Source of the DNA: Octopus vulgaris
Taxonomy: Eukaryota
Length of the DNA stretch: 64,000 nucleotides
Assembly (NCBI GenBank): GCA_951406725.2
Contig: OX597815.1
Location: forward strand, 125,860,001-125,924,000
Direction: 5' to 3'
The translations under genes and the position numbers were made by a program. Positions 42,787 through 56,835 of this stretch are shown piece after piece (positions within the stretch are counted from its first letter, which is position 1; every line of letters begins with the position of its first letter). The notes beneath the pieces were generated by a model, which saw only the letters and a program-made list of their open reading frames with translations, did no database searches and was not told the DNA's origin.

Positions 42787-43609
42787 ATATATATGTATGT
42801 ATATATTATCTATGTATGTATGTGTGTGTGCGTATACTAATATTTTGCTTACGGATAGCAATAGTAATAACCTGGTGCCAGAACCCATTGTACTTCAGAA
42901 AAAAAGTTTCAGTCGAGTACAGAGCGTTATAAGAAATTAGATAAATGACCAAGAAACAAGAATCTATGTAATGAACTTCATTAGCTTACGGCTGTTTCTA
43001 CTATAAAATGCAACGCACTCATACTATAAGATGCAACTGAGTGCTTGCGCATCACGTTGCTGCAGAAACTGCTATGCACATACATATATGCGCACGCTCA
43101 CTCACTATCTTTCTCTCTCTCTCTCTCTCTCTCGCACACACACACACACACAAATTTGTGATTGTGTGCTTTCTATAAACCTGAAAAGTATGCAAAATAT
43201 CAACAGGAAATGTAACTCCTCGTTGTGAATGTTAAATTACGCGATATTTTGAAGGTTATGTTTTTGCTATCTGGAATAGAGGTTAGCTACAATATATATA
43301 TCAAATAAAAAAGCAGTGAAACACTTAAACCCATAAGCTGCGACCGAAAATGTTGACTATGCCATATTTATGTGGAAGACATTATACATATAATCAGCAA
43401 CTATTCAGATGTGCCATTTAAAGTACGGTCTTCCAATGGTACACGATGAATATTGCTGATAAAACAATATACCTTGAAATCCTTCGTCTGAAACGTGGAC
43501 TACGACCTGAAAATCTCGATGCGTTACCGACACTTCTTGAAGTTCAACGGTGACTGTTTGTGGAATAAAGCTACATTAGAAGGCTTTGGTAACTTTCATT
43601 TCAAACTCA

Positions 43610-44109
43610 GGATCTTTTCAGTTTGAACGGCAGTTTTTCCTGCGGTGTCATATGAAATTGTCACCCATAACTATGACCCTAGTATCGATCTATTGCATTT
43701 CAATCTGTTTTAGGGTTAGAGTTACTTAGGGTTAGGGTTAGGGGTGGGGGAAGGGTATCTTTTTTTTCTTCATAAATGTTAATAAACCCAATGTGTTTCT
43801 TAAACGAGGGACATATTCGTACGGCACAGAATGTTTTTTTTACCTCAGTAGACGTCAGTGATTGGTTGAAATTGCAGAAATTCGTATGGCACAGAATGTT
43901 TTTTTTACCTCAGTAGACGTCAGTGATTGGTTGAAATTGCAGAAATTGAAGAAAAAAAAACAACAAATATCTTACAAACTATAGAATTTTCTCAATAAAG
44001 CCAAGAGAAAAAGATGTTTTATAAACACATTCTACCAGTATACGAAGTTTAAAATTTTTTAGTTACCTAGAAATTATGTTAAAAACTGCCGTTCTAACCG
44101 AAAAGATCC
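43610..44109. mobile_element. 500-bp MITE with 29-bp TIRs and internal (TTAGGG)-like repeats
   Basis: GGATCTTTTCAGTTTGAACGGCAGTTTTT / AAAAACTGCCGTTCTAACCGAAAAGATCC; imperfect 8-bp TSD CAAACTCA/GAAACTCG; internal ~63-bp tandem duplication. Confidence 0.88.
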
Positions 44110-44119
44110 GAAACTCGTG

Positions 44120-44400
44120 AGTGTGTAAACTATCTATGACAATGTCTTGATTGCTAAAAACAAAAAGCCTTCCTTCAACAGCTCACCTTTTGCAAACAGT
44201 CGCCCATAAGTCTGTTCATGAAGAGATATAATCTTTCTTCAAAAGCTACGTTTTGACTTCAAATTTCAGAATGTCATGGTTGGCTCATACAGTAAAAACT
44301 ACATTCGTGATTCATTCAAGACAACCATACGCCACTTGCAATTGAAAAGACGTCTCTGAAGCTGACATCGGAGCTACTCTTAATCAAAAGGAATTTAACT
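44120..44400 (+). mobile_element. Decayed Ty3/gypsy pol (RNase H) relic
   Basis: PLAIEKDVSEADIGATLNQ-like translation (one frameshift) resembles the gypsy RNase H motif TDASxxxIGAVLxQ. Confidence 0.45.
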
Positions 44401-45797
44401 CCCTTCCTTACTCATGAAATAATTACACTTCACCAAAGCGCTTACTGCTTTAATTGTTACTACTGAAGGATCCAGAAACATCTGCTCATGCATATTCATC
44501 TTTGCCACTGAAAGCACAACGACTATTTCTAATGTTACTAATTTTTGACTTTGTATCAAATTTGAAACCCATCAAAAGCAATCTTGTTGTTGCTGCATGT
44601 TTTCATGGGTTATTAATGTAGTTGGTAATCGATTCCAAATTGTATGGATTCCAACTTCAGATTAGAGAGGCTACTTCTTTAGTATCTAGTATATTTTGTA
44701 AACGCTCTCCCATTGGTGACTGAAGCAATTTCAAAATACAATTTGTTTAAGACTGACTTTTACCTCATACGTATATCCCAGGCAAGTAGAAGTTTCTTAT
44801 CATATTTTTGCTGTCACCATACATCACTAAAGAATTAAGGGATAACTTCAGGAGTTCACACACAACAAAGGTCATTACATGGTTTCAATTCCTGGTCGAA
44901 ACTATTTCACTTCACTTAAACAGTCAATGATCTCGGTAATGTCAGAGATGTTCATATCTCGTTAGTTCAGTCAATAAACCTAGACGAATGTGAGCCAATC
45001 TTTTGTAACTCTGAATTATAATCCCGTCAGATTTGACTTATTTTCCATCCTTGCATCGATAAAATAATAGAAAACTATTTTTTAGATCGATTCTATTGAT
45101 CATATCCAGTCACTGTAGACATTTGCTCTGTACTTCGTCAAAACAAATCAATATTTTGCAGCACTCGCTTGATCTGTTACGACCTGTGTGACGTTTAGGA
45201 TATTTTCATTCGAACAAAACATTTTAATCTTAACAGAGCTATAGTAGTAACGTAAGCAACAAACTGTTACTTGAAACTACCCACGCGTTTTTAGATAGCA
45301 ACGGTGCATTCAAAGGACCATTAACATAAGTCAACAGATTGTTGCTCACTATCTATTGGACAGGACAGACATACACACAGATATGCACACATATACACAC
45401 CTACGCATTTATGTAAATGCATGTGGCGTGCTATCAGTCAGTGATGCATATTATTTCTGGGAAAGATTTTGATGTAATGTTTCTTTGTTCTGTTTTTGAT
45501 GTCGCCTCTATTAATGGGTTCAACGTGGGAACAGCTCTAAATATATTACTGGAAGCTGATGTATCTCTCGTTAATTCTGTAGTGCTCCTGCCGTCTGATA
45601 AAACGATCTTCCAAATCGACACCAGTTCTTGAATGCTCCGGAAGAATCAAAAGCAAAGCTGAACGCGGAGGAATTTAAACACCAGATGTAAAAACCTTAA
45701 CTAAACAGCGCAGGTATTCTGTCCGACGGTTTAACGACTCTGCCATGTGCCTTTTTCTGTTACACTTAATTTCAGCTTAATATGTATGAGTCTCGGT

Positions 45798-46005
45798 CGG
45801 CAAGCTGGCAGAATCGTTACTGTGCCAGGCAAAATGCTCAGCAACATGTCGTCTGTCCTTACGTTCTGAGTTCAAATTCCGTCAAGGTCGACTTTGCTTT
45901 TCATCCTTTCGGGGTCGATAAAATATGTACCAGTTGGACACTGGAGTATTGACTTACTCACTCCCCAGAAATTGCTAGCCTTCTGCCAAAATTTGAAACC
46001 AATAT
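45798..46005 (+). mobile_element. Family-B SINE
   Basis: GCTGGCAGAATCGTTA...TTCTGAGTTCAAATTCCG...CTTTTCATCCTTTCGGGGTCGATAAA. Confidence 0.85.
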
Positions 46006-46724
46006 TATATGAGTCTATGCATGTTAAAATGCTTTTTGGTAGTTGATGAGAGATGAAGAGTTGGTTTTCCTCTTGATACACCAACAACCTGGTAAGCTAC
46101 CATTCATCAACTATATTGCTAACGTTTGGCTATGTGCAAGGTCGGTGATCGCCTAATGTGCTAAAATCGGTGCGCTGGGGGTGCCGCACAAATTCTGACA
46201 GGCTTAAATAAAATTTGTTGACCCAACTAAAAGCACAAACTTTCAGCAATGATAACAGCAGGAGAGATCAATTTCAGAACATAGGAGGATGGAAGACAGA
46301 GTTGGGTTGGGGCGGGAAAGGTAAGAGGATCGTACTATCACGTGAAATGACGTGAAACATTAAAAATTTTTGCCTAACAACAGGTTACTAGGTGGCATGC
46401 ATGACAAATATTATAGATTTCTTGCACAGAAGTTGATTATAACTTGTCAACGGTATTTTTCAGCTTGCATAAAAGATGGTGGTGGTTGGAGGAATTTGTT
46501 GAAAATATTGTATGAGGAAGCAGAATTTAGAGCTGGATAGCGGGTACAACGCAGTGTTGATCACATTAATTTGTGAGCGACGGCATCTTATTTACACTCA
46601 ATAATCAGAATGCAAGATTTGTCTTTCATTGTTGTCGAGGTTGATAAAATGATGAGTGAAGTACTTTATACGACTTTCTTTTCTCTGCTTAACGAAAACT
46701 ATTAACGTAATATTGTATATTTTC

Positions 46725-46912
46725 AAGGCAGCCAGATAGCAAAAACGTTAGCACGCCAGGCGAAATGCTTAGCGATATTTCGCCTGTCTTTTTTGCTCTG
46801 AGTTCAAATTCCGCTGAGGTTCACTTTGCCTTTCTTGTTTTCGGAGCCAATAAATTAAGTAACAGTTGCGTACTGAGGTCGATCTAATTTCAGGCCTTGT
46901 GCCTAGAGTAGG
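46725..46912 (+). mobile_element. Family-B SINE
   Basis: Same motifs as 9041-9258. Confidence 0.8.
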
Positions 46913-48512
46913 AAAAAAAAGTGAAAATCGCCGTGACATGAAACTCGAATCGTGGGATAAAACATAAGTTTCAATAAACTACGCATACACTCACAAACAC
47001 ACACCACATGTGTGTGTGATATGCATTACATATGTGTTTGTATGCATGTTGTATTTACATGTATTGGGAAATGTGAGGTTAGTTGGAACGCGTCGTAACA
47101 TGAGATACCTGCTTTTTCCACTGTTTTTTTTTTGTTTTTTTTAAAGCAATATCAAAGAACTTGGAGATGAATGTAATAAGGTGAAAGCCGATACAGAAGC
47201 TTTGCAAGCGAACAGAATGGTTCCTATATGTTCCCCCATCTTAAAGTATAATTTTCACTTGTTAGAAATGTTTAGTTTGTTTAGTAAACACAGTTGTCAA
47301 AAATGAAGAATTTCGTGTGTCGATTGTTTACCAAAATGTAATTAGAATGAAGCAGGAAATAATTTGCCTGTTCGTTGAAACATGTTCCAACTAACCCCTC
47401 TATTAAAAATACACTGGTACACGTAGTAGCACTTGAACTTAAAAGAATGTTAAGAGTTTGGCATTTAAATCTGTGAATCGGCGTCACTTGAAGATACCCC
47501 GAAGTTATGTGGATAATAAAAGTACAGGCAAATACTGCTAGCCAAATTTGGTTTAGAAAATTGAGAATAAGCATGTGGTGACTTTACAGATTCAGGGGTG
47601 GAGAATTATGTTCTTGAGCATTTTGCAGAGGATTAAGAGGTGTACTGTTATATTTTTATACTGGTTGATGACGAGAACGAAGATGAAGAAGTAGCATACA
47701 AAATCTTGAAACATGAGTGCTCCAAGCAAAGATTTTGTGTGCTCCAAATTGACAGTGTTCAAATATTGTTGAAATAAATAAACATGAATGTGTGCGGACA
47801 CCGAATTCATTCTGCCTGCTCAATCCAGCTGTGGGAGAACAAATGGTCGTCAGCAAAACTTGTGTTTCTTGCTTGATCCATCGATCTAAAAGGCAGAGGA
47901 GCTACAATGACATGTTGTGGACTAATAAAACTTGTCATGAGGTTGCTTTGTCACCAATGTCGGCTCGATTGCCTAGTCACCTGTTTGTTGTATTGATGAA
48001 TATTATCGTGTGGTTTAACTGGCTGTGTATATATAATAAATTAAGCAAACTCACAAACCTTTAACTTTTGACATTTATTGCTACATATAATTTACTGCAT
48101 TTGGCTATTTGAAAAAGAAAAAAAAATTCAATTATGAGAGACAGACTATTGTGACAATCATGTCTAGTTAAAATCATCGGATAGAATATATTACTGGAAT
48201 TTGAAATTGAAATGATTCCAACATAATTCTTACCAGTGTGTTCTTATATGGTGTACAAAGCATGCTCCAGCGTGCCTGACTGTGAGGCAAGCTGAACATT
48301 TAGACGTGGGTCACAAAAACTTATATTTTTCTAGAATCTTTTGAAGTCTCAGCAATGATGTTATAAATTTATGTATATAAGCGTATTACGAACACAGGCG
48401 TTTTGGTGAAATGTGTTCCAGCAAAACCGACCTTTCTATATATACATTAAAAGTCCCCACAGAAGAGATATGATTTAATTCATGAGTGTAATTGAATGTA
48501 GACGAGTGGGGG

Positions 48513-48649
48513 CACTAGCGTAGCTGGGGTGGCCCGCCCCGAGCGGCACTTTTCATCCTGTTGTAGGCTATTGCTGTAGGTAATATTTGTTTTTTTTTTG
48601 TGGGGTCCGGGAGCGGCAAACGGAAGGACACACTCTAGCTACGCTAGTG
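48513..48649. mobile_element. GC-rich hAT-like MITE, second copy
   Basis: TIRs CACTAGCGTAGCT / AGCTACGCTAGTG; TSD-like GTGG(A)GGG; internal similarity to 38855-39017. Confidence 0.8.
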
Positions 48650-51109
48650 GTGGAGGGTTCTAATTCTGATAAGAGAATCACTTGACTTAGAAATAACTTT
48701 ATATTATTTGCCTTTTCCATTCCCCGTAAACACTGAAAGGTGAAAGAAATTTAAAACAAAAATTTTAAAAAGTAGTGAGAGCCTCATCTCAGCTGAATTG
48801 AAGTTTTATACGGATTTTGAACAACTATATCAACTATAGAACTTCACTTCTAATTTTAATTTCTTTTATTTTATGTCACAAACTACAGAGTTCGTTTAGC
48901 CGAACCAGTAAAATAACGAATAACCAGGCATGAAATAAAGGTTTCGTTTCCTGTCATAAGCGTGTTACCTTTGTGACTGAAAACATTTAACCATTAATAG
49001 TCTAGACCTGTTGGTCTAAACCTGAGTATTTGATGACATTATGCGGCTGTCAAGAAAACGTTGAATCTTTAAAAAGGTAGTGATTTTTCTTAGAAATGTA
49101 ATATTTAAATAATATACAGTAAACACATTTTCAAAAATAACTTGGTCAGATTAGGATATGATTCTGACATCGTGTTATCAGAGAGCAAAAGCGGAATGGA
49201 GATATACTTAGGTCTAGAATAATTTCATTAAATAAAACCTCGCGTTTTTAAAGTAATTTCTATAGAAATTTAACACAGGGGTCTAATGGTTTACGCACAT
49301 ATCTAAAAGCAACATAAGTGGATAAGATATTTTACTTTCCTTTAAACATGTGAAAGAGGATACCTTTACTTAGGGTATATTAACTAAATGGTGGATCGAT
49401 TAAGGAAAGAATAACTAATTTTAAGATATTCAATTATGGTTGCATCAAAGGCATACGAGCGTGTTTACGGCTATGCATGAGTTATTTCCCTTGCAGTGGT
49501 GTGAGTTATTTCCTCTTAGTTACTTACTAACTTTGCAAGAACGAAGTGTCAAATGAATAGTTTTTAGTTATTTATATATATTTGTTTACTTTAAATAAAA
49601 AGAACATTTTAAATTCCGTTCAATCGGAAGAACAACACTTAACATATTTTCCTTCTCTGCGGGCGAATGGTTAAGCATTCAACCTTTATCCTATTGACAT
49701 TAAAATATATACAGCAATTTTTTGAAATGTCATTAATCAGTACTGTAATTGACTACAGATTAAATTGCTCATCAACTTAGGAGTGTCACTAACACAGATT
49801 TTGTAGAAGTATGTTTAAGTACGAAGTAGCTTCCAACACTTTGAAATAATCTCATTTTTACATAACTGTATCATTCTACCTTAAGTTTATAAACTGACAA
49901 ACCGATAGTTCGAAACGTTTTGAAGGCCAAGCGAAAGCAATTACAATTCAATAACATCACTAATGCATTTATTCTACTAGTGGCTCAATCTGTGGTGGTG
50001 CGTGATCTAATGGTAGTGTGTTCACGCCGGAAAATTTGTAGGTTCAATTCCTGGACTAGATACTTCATTCTACTTCTGTGAAACCACTTCAATTCGCATT
50101 GCTTGATTCAGTCAGCTGTAAATGAGTACCAGCCAGGTGCTGGCACAACTCTCTTTTCTACCATCTACCATATCTTGGATGTGCAACTAAGCAAAGGGTG
50201 GGGGAACCGAAATAAGGCCTATGTCTGCTTGCGACTAGAGAAGTACCTAAAACAATTACCGAAAGTATGGTGCATGTTGCTAAAGGTGGCTTAATATCAT
50301 CATCGTCATTATCATCGTTTAAAGTTCACTCTTCCATGTTTACATACATGCGCACGTTCGTATGTATGGTTGTATGTATCACTTTGTTATAACGTCCACA
50401 TTTGCATGCTTGTATGAAGCTTGTTGCCCAAAATTTCTTCCTGTTACAAACTTGTTCCCAAGCACGGTTATGTGCACGCGTTTGTGTGTACATATATATA
50501 CATATATGTAAAATACATCACACACTCGTTTTTCCCAGAACTGTTTCCATTCATACCAGCAGAAAGCAATAAAAAGTTCTTCCACTGGAATATCCAGAAA
50601 ATTGATAGTGTGTATTTTATCATTTTTCCATTTTTCTTTCATCATTTAATCAGAGGATGAAAAACAGCATACACTGATCCATTTTAGTGTCCCAAGATTA
50701 GTGGGATGAAAGAAAGTAGTTTACATATGTTTGTTCTATAAATTTACTTCAACTAAACTCTGAGAATACTCAATAATAAGCAAAGCATCATCATAACCAA
50801 CAAACAATTATAAAGTCACTATTTAAACAAAATACCCTTTAGCTTGAAAGATGTTATAATTAAAAAAAAATATAAAAAGAAGACTTACAATACTTTTGTA
50901 CAATTAAAAACTTCTTTTAAAATAGATTCAACAATAAATAGAGAAACTAGCAATTCATTGTTTCTAGTGACAGTTAATTTAGTTATTAATGTATTTAATC
51001 CATCATCCACATATTACTGTCAGAAATGTTTTCCCATTGTTTATTGCTTTTGTGAGACGCCATTGAATAAGAACTCATTTTCCTTGGAGTTTATTTTAAC
51101 CACTATAAT

Positions 51110-51357
51110 GGGGGCTGGTCCACATTACCCTGTAAAGAACATAGGGCTGGTTTCCTGGTTTCTGTGGCGTATATATTACTCCCTGGATGGAATGCCTGTC
51201 CATCACAGGGTGTCTTGCTTTTACTGGCTGAGTGAACTGGAATAACATGAACTGAAATGTTTTGATCAAGAACACACTACATTGCCCAGTGCAGGAATTG
51301 AAATCACAATCTTATCACCATGAGTCCAATACTCAAACCACTAAGCCCTGTGCCTCT
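51110..51357 (-). mobile_element. CORE/V-type SINE
   Basis: CTGAGTGAACTGGA..AACATGAA..GAAATGTTTTGATCAAGAACAC...CCACTAAGCC..GTGCCTC. Confidence 0.7.
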
Positions 51358-52879
51358 AGCAACATCACTATAATATTTATGAAAAATAAATATATTAAAC
51401 TCAGAACTGCAAACAAATGAAACTTTTGTCACTTGTAACACTCTTTCTTACAGCAGTAAGTTATAATAATATGCAATATTAAACTTGCTTGGAAATATTT
51501 GGTTTTAGTGTTTTGATGGTGATATGACTCTGGGCTCATGATCAGAACTGAAATTTTTAATTCTCTTTCTGCTGATAAGGAAGACAGAGAAAAAGTTGAG
51601 CATAGCTAGTCTCTCCCCACAATGATGCTGATGATAATGATGATGATGCTGCCAACCCAACAATGCTGCTGTTGACAACACCACCATTAACATAGACTGA
51701 TATTAAATATATATATTTCTATATGCCAATCAAATATCAAATTCTATTATAATTTCCAATATGTCAGTTGTTGCATGTAGATATGAAGACTTAAGTTTTA
51801 AGAGTAGAAATTAAGATGTCTTGAACTTTAGTCTAAAGACATTTAACAATATAATGGAAAGTATTTCCAAATGGAAATTGTGAGTTGGTCATGTACTTAG
51901 CTTTCTGAGAATATTCAACAAGAACAACAACCACTGCTGCCACTGCCAACACTACCACCACAGTCTTCACAACAGATTTTTTGGGATGGACATATACCCA
52001 AGCTGAATTTACCCAAGTAGATTACTGCTATTTGATATTCATTTCACCAATTCTGGAAAAATCAAGAACAAAGGTGGTACTGGGTTTCATTTTATGACAA
52101 GGACAATAAACAGCAATACTGAAAAGGGTGTTTGGGACATTATTCTACAAAGACTCAAAACTACCTTTTAATAAAGATATATTTTGTTGCATAGGAATGA
52201 TGTTTTAGATTTCCCACAAGTAATGAATAATATTGTGTGATACGATATTCATGTCATTTTTAGGAATGTACATGAAGTGGAATGGCTTGAACAACAAATC
52301 AAAACCAGGTTATGTGTTCATTTCAAAAAGAGCTTACCTCTATACTATTGTACTATACTCCACAAATGACCAATACTCATTTTTATATAAGCATAAGACG
52401 TTATATTATAATGAAGAAATGAGGTGTCATAACAAGAATACATTTCACAGAGACGTTTATGCCAGCCAACAAGATACCCTCATTTTATTTAGGTGTTGGC
52501 TTTCGAAGACTCTCCTTTTCCTTCTGTGTTGTGTTGCCTGCATGCAGTCAGCCAGGCTCTTGCTTCCAGTCCATTTGTTGATGTCATCAGTCCCAAAACA
52601 TCTAAGATGGCTTCTTGTTCTCTTCCCTTCCACACTTCCTATCAGGATAATCTAAAGTAAACATTAATGACATTGAAGTAAAATGACCACTACAACTGAG
52701 ATTTGAAAGCAAGTTGGTATGCTTGAAGCTTATTTCCATTCACTCAGTATTATGAGTTCAAATACCACAAGAGCAGGCACAATTTTAACATCATTCTAAT
52801 TTGAAACTATCTGCTGATGGAAGCTTAAATAATCTATAAAAAACAATTTGAGCCTTAATAACAAAACCTTAAAAAATAA

Positions 52880-53372
52880 TAAATTACATATTTGGTATAT
52901 TCAATTTGGTTTCCATGCCAATCATCACCTATGGTCATAAATGTTGGGTAATGACTAAAAGAGTACAACTGTGAATATAAGCAGCCAAAAATAGGGTTTC
53001 TCCAAAGGATCTCTGGAGTAATGTTACCTGATAGAGTGTATAGCTCAGAGATCAAGGAATCTCTCCCGGTTGAGTTCCTACTTCTTCTCCACACTGAGAA
53101 GTTACAGCTCCAGGATATTCCAGGATATGGAATTAGAATGTCACAGGAAAGAATTGCAAGATGGATTCTTCAGGCCAAGCCAACTGGAAGCAAACCTAGG
53201 GTTAGGACAATAATGAGATGGCTGGGTAATCTTACTCATCACACTCAAGAATCAAACCAGAAAGTGTAATGATGGTTACTTTTGACTGGACCTGGTTGAG
53301 GCAGTGTCGAAGGATTCTACCCAACAATCCTCTCAGGAATAGTGAGCAGAGAAAATGGATGGATGGATGGAC
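52880..53372 (+). mobile_element. 3' fragment of an RTE-clade LINE with (GATG)n tail
   Basis: TYGHKCWVMT, QAAKIGFLQRI, RMSQERIARWILQAKPTGSKPRVRTIMRW; ends ATGGATGGATGGATGG. Confidence 0.8.
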
Positions 53373-53834
53373 AGACATCTTTGGATTTGTAAAATTAAAG
53401 ATTTGTTATTATTCTAAGCAGAAATGGGTTCACACAAGTTCTTATGCACTTGCAATTTGGTACTAAAGCTGCACAATACTTGCTTTACAATAAATAATAG
53501 AATAAGTACCAGATGTATTGAGTCAAAAGCATCAAATGCATCTATGCAAGAAAGCAGTAAAAAAGAAAATAGAAGGACAGTGTAAATACAATAGTAGAGC
53601 AGAAGACAACATGCATGAAAATAGTTTCATTCTTCTGAGTTCCAAGATTAAATTCCATCAGACTCAACTTACTTTGTCATTCTCAAAGATTGATAAATAA
53701 TTTCTATAGATATTCTTGAATTGATTTGTTAAATTCATATTCTATCTCATCCAAAAATAAGTCTTGTAACAATTTAGAAACTAGCATATATCCAGACAAG
53801 GTTTCAATCCTTGTTACTTTGATTTTTGATATGG

Positions 53835-55535
53835 GTTTCAAATGTTAGCACAAAGCCAGCAATTTTAAGGGAGGAGCTAAGTCAACTGGATCAACCCCAG
53901 TGCTTGAGGCAGTACAATGACCAATGAGGTGTACCCAAGGCGTAGTTATTACTACTTGAAAACTTATTTTATTGATCCTGAAAAGATGAAAGGCAAAGTT
54001 GACCCTGACAACATCTGAACTTGGAATATGAAGATGGATAAAATGCTGCTAAGCATTTTACCCAGCATGCTAATGATTCTGTCAGCTCCTGGCTTACATG
54101 TATTTCTGATGTTAAAGTTAAATAAAGGTTGCATAGAAAGGCATGTGGGCCAGTCGACACAATTGTTTGAAGATGGGTTCAATTCTTGGACTGGTTGGTG
54201 TGTTGTGTGCTTCAGCAAAGCACTTAATTTATATTACTTCAGGGTACTCAGTTGAAAATGAATACCAGCAACAGCTGGTACTTAACCCTCAAATGAATGA
54301 GTAGTTTTGTACTTTAAGTTACCTAAATATTTTGGAAAGCTAGATAAGCATCACCCTCCTGATACTGTAAAGCTCATGGTAGATTTTTTTTAAAGTTAAG
54401 GTAGGAGATGGCAAAATCGTTATTGCACTGAACAAAATGCCAGTTGTACTGGCATTTCTTCCAGCTCTTTACATTCTGAGTTCAAATCCTGCTGAAGCCA
54501 ACTTTGCTTTTACTCCTTTTGGTATCAATAAAATAAAGTACCAGTAAAGTACTGGGATTGATGTAATTGACTAAAATCCTTCCACAAAAATTGATGGCTT
54601 TGTACCAAAATGTAAAACCAATAATGAAGGAGTCTCTCTGTGTGGTAGCTTGAATTACTGGAAATATCAGCCAAATCTCTCTCAAATCACATTCTACCAT
54701 CTCAAAAAAAAGCAAGGACAATCTAGTCCTAGATTGTTTTGCAATATATTAAAGAGAAAATAATTATTATTAGTAGTAGTATCATTATTATTAAGGTTAC
54801 GAGCTGGCAGAAACGTTAGCATGCCGAGCGAAATGCTTAGCGGTATTTTGTCTGTCTTTATGTTCTGAGTTCAAATTCTGCCAAGATCGACTTTGCCTTT
54901 CATCCTTTCGGGGTCAATTAAATAAGTACCAGTTACGCACTGGAATCGATGTAATCGACTTAATCCCTTCTCCCAAGCTGCTCTTGTGGCAAAAATTTGA
55001 AATCAGCATCATCATAATTATTATTATTATTAAGGCGGTGAGCTGGCAAAATTGTTAGCACGCCAGGTAAAATGCTTAACAGTATTTCGTCTGCCACTAC
55101 ATTGAGTTTATGTTCCATTGAGGTCAACTCTGACTTTCATCCTTTCAAGGTCGATTGACTGTTCTCCTCCCCACAAAATTCAGGCCTTCTGCCTATAGTA
55201 GAAAGGTTTATTATTATTATTATTGTTATTATCATCATTATTATTATTATCATCATTATCATTATTATCATTATTATTATTATCATTATTATCATTATCA
55301 TCATTATTATTATTATTATTAAGACAGTGAGCTGATGGAATTCTTAACACATCAAACAAAAGGTTTAGTAGTACTTCTTCCAACTCTTTACTTTCTGAGT
55401 TCAAATCCTGCCAAGGTCAACTTTACCTTTCATCCTTGTAGGGTCGATAACATAAAATACCAGTCAATTACTGGGGTTAATGTAATCAAATTGCCCCAAC
55501 CCTGAAACTTGCTGGCTTGGCGCCAAAATTAGAAA
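53835..55535. mobile_element. Dense SINE cluster (family B x5, one CORE-type) interleaved with (ATT/ATC)n
   Basis: Family-B copies at ~53840-54090 (-), 54400-54620, 54793-55005, 55032-55208 and 55320-55535 (+); CORE-type copy at ~54138-54360. Confidence 0.85.
54623..54750. repeat. Dispersed repeat shared with 58013-58270
   Basis: AATGAAGGAGTCTCTCTGTGTGGTAGCTTGAATTACT..AAA.ATCAGCCAAATCTCTCTCAAATCA; the second copy is interrupted by a family-D insertion at GCAAT. Confidence 0.85.
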
Positions 55536-56297
55536 TGCATTGCAATATTTAGTGTCATTTTTTAAAAATTTCAAATCCGGTCAAAATAGTCATCTTTAGT
55601 TTACATTTCTTTGATGTCTAGGCTTAATTTCAATGCTTATAATTTCATTTAATACTCCCAAATAGCAATAAATAAATAAATGGATAAATAAATATATTCT
55701 CAAGCTAGAATAACATTATTATAGAAAATTGCAAAGCAGTTATATATATTTAAAAACAACATCCAGTATACATTTTTTCCCTAAAAAAAATAGAAAACAA
55801 AGTTGAAGAGATAATAAAAAAAAAATATTTAAAAAAAACTATATTTCAGAATTTAAAAACAAAGACTCAGAACATTTAATGAAAAATAATAAAAAAGTCA
55901 TGTTAAAATAATAACAACCCTCTAAAACATTGTAACCTATTTTAAATGCAGATGTAATTTATTTAATTTCTAAACATTAAATGTCATCATAGATGCAGCA
56001 GAAAAACAACAACCACAAAAAAGACAATGGCCTTTTGTAACAGAACTCCTCAACTCTACGGAAATGCCAAAAAGTAACAATGAGGATGAAGATGATGATG
56101 ACGGTCGTGATATTGAGTAACTGGTGCTGTGGGTGAGATGAGGATGAAGAATGTAAAAGACAACAACATTAATGATGAAAAGAAGTTATGATGATGTCAG
56201 TGATTGATGATGACTATGATGGTAATGATGATGATGATGATGTTTACATTATTGCAATGGAAAAAATTGCAATGCAAATTATTATTATCATTATTAT

Positions 56298-56835
56298 TAA
56301 GGCAGCAAACAGGCACAATTGTTAGCATACCGGGGGAAATGCTTAGCAGTATTTTGTCTGTTTTCATGTTCTGAGTTCAAATGCTACCAGGGTCAACTTT
56401 GCCTTTCATCCTCTCGGGGTCAATAAATTAAGTAACAGTTATGTACTGGGGTTGATGTAGTCAACTTAATCCCTTCCCCCAAATTTGAGGCCTTGTGCTT
56501 GCAGTAGAAAGGATTATTATTATTATTAAAGTGCTTAGCCTGCAGAATCATTAGTATGTCAAGAAAAATGGTAAGTGGCATTTCTTTACCTTTTAAGTTC
56601 TGAGTTCAAATTCTGCCAAAGGTGGTTTTTACCTTTCATCCTTCTGGGGTCAATAAAATTAGTAACTAGTTGAGTACTGGAGTCCATGTGATTGACCGTT
56701 CCCCTCCCACAAAATTCCAGGCCAAAATTCCCCACAAATTCCAGGATCATTATTATTAAGGTGGTGAGTAGCAAAAATCATTCATGTATTGGACAAAATG
56801 CTTCACAGCATTTCATTCTAAGTTCAAATTCTGCA
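56298..56835 (+). mobile_element. Three stacked family-B SINEs separated by (ATT)n
   Basis: Heads at ~56298, ~56528 and ~56758, each preceded by TTATTATTAA. Confidence 0.8.

Noticed and set aside
43709-43750. Telomere or chromosome-fusion scar
   Set aside because: Only about four imperfect units, located inside a TIR-bounded MITE.
52233-52655. 140-aa ORF
   Set aside because: Non-ATG start, no recognisable domain, and its 3' part appears to be antisense to a decayed LINE fragment.
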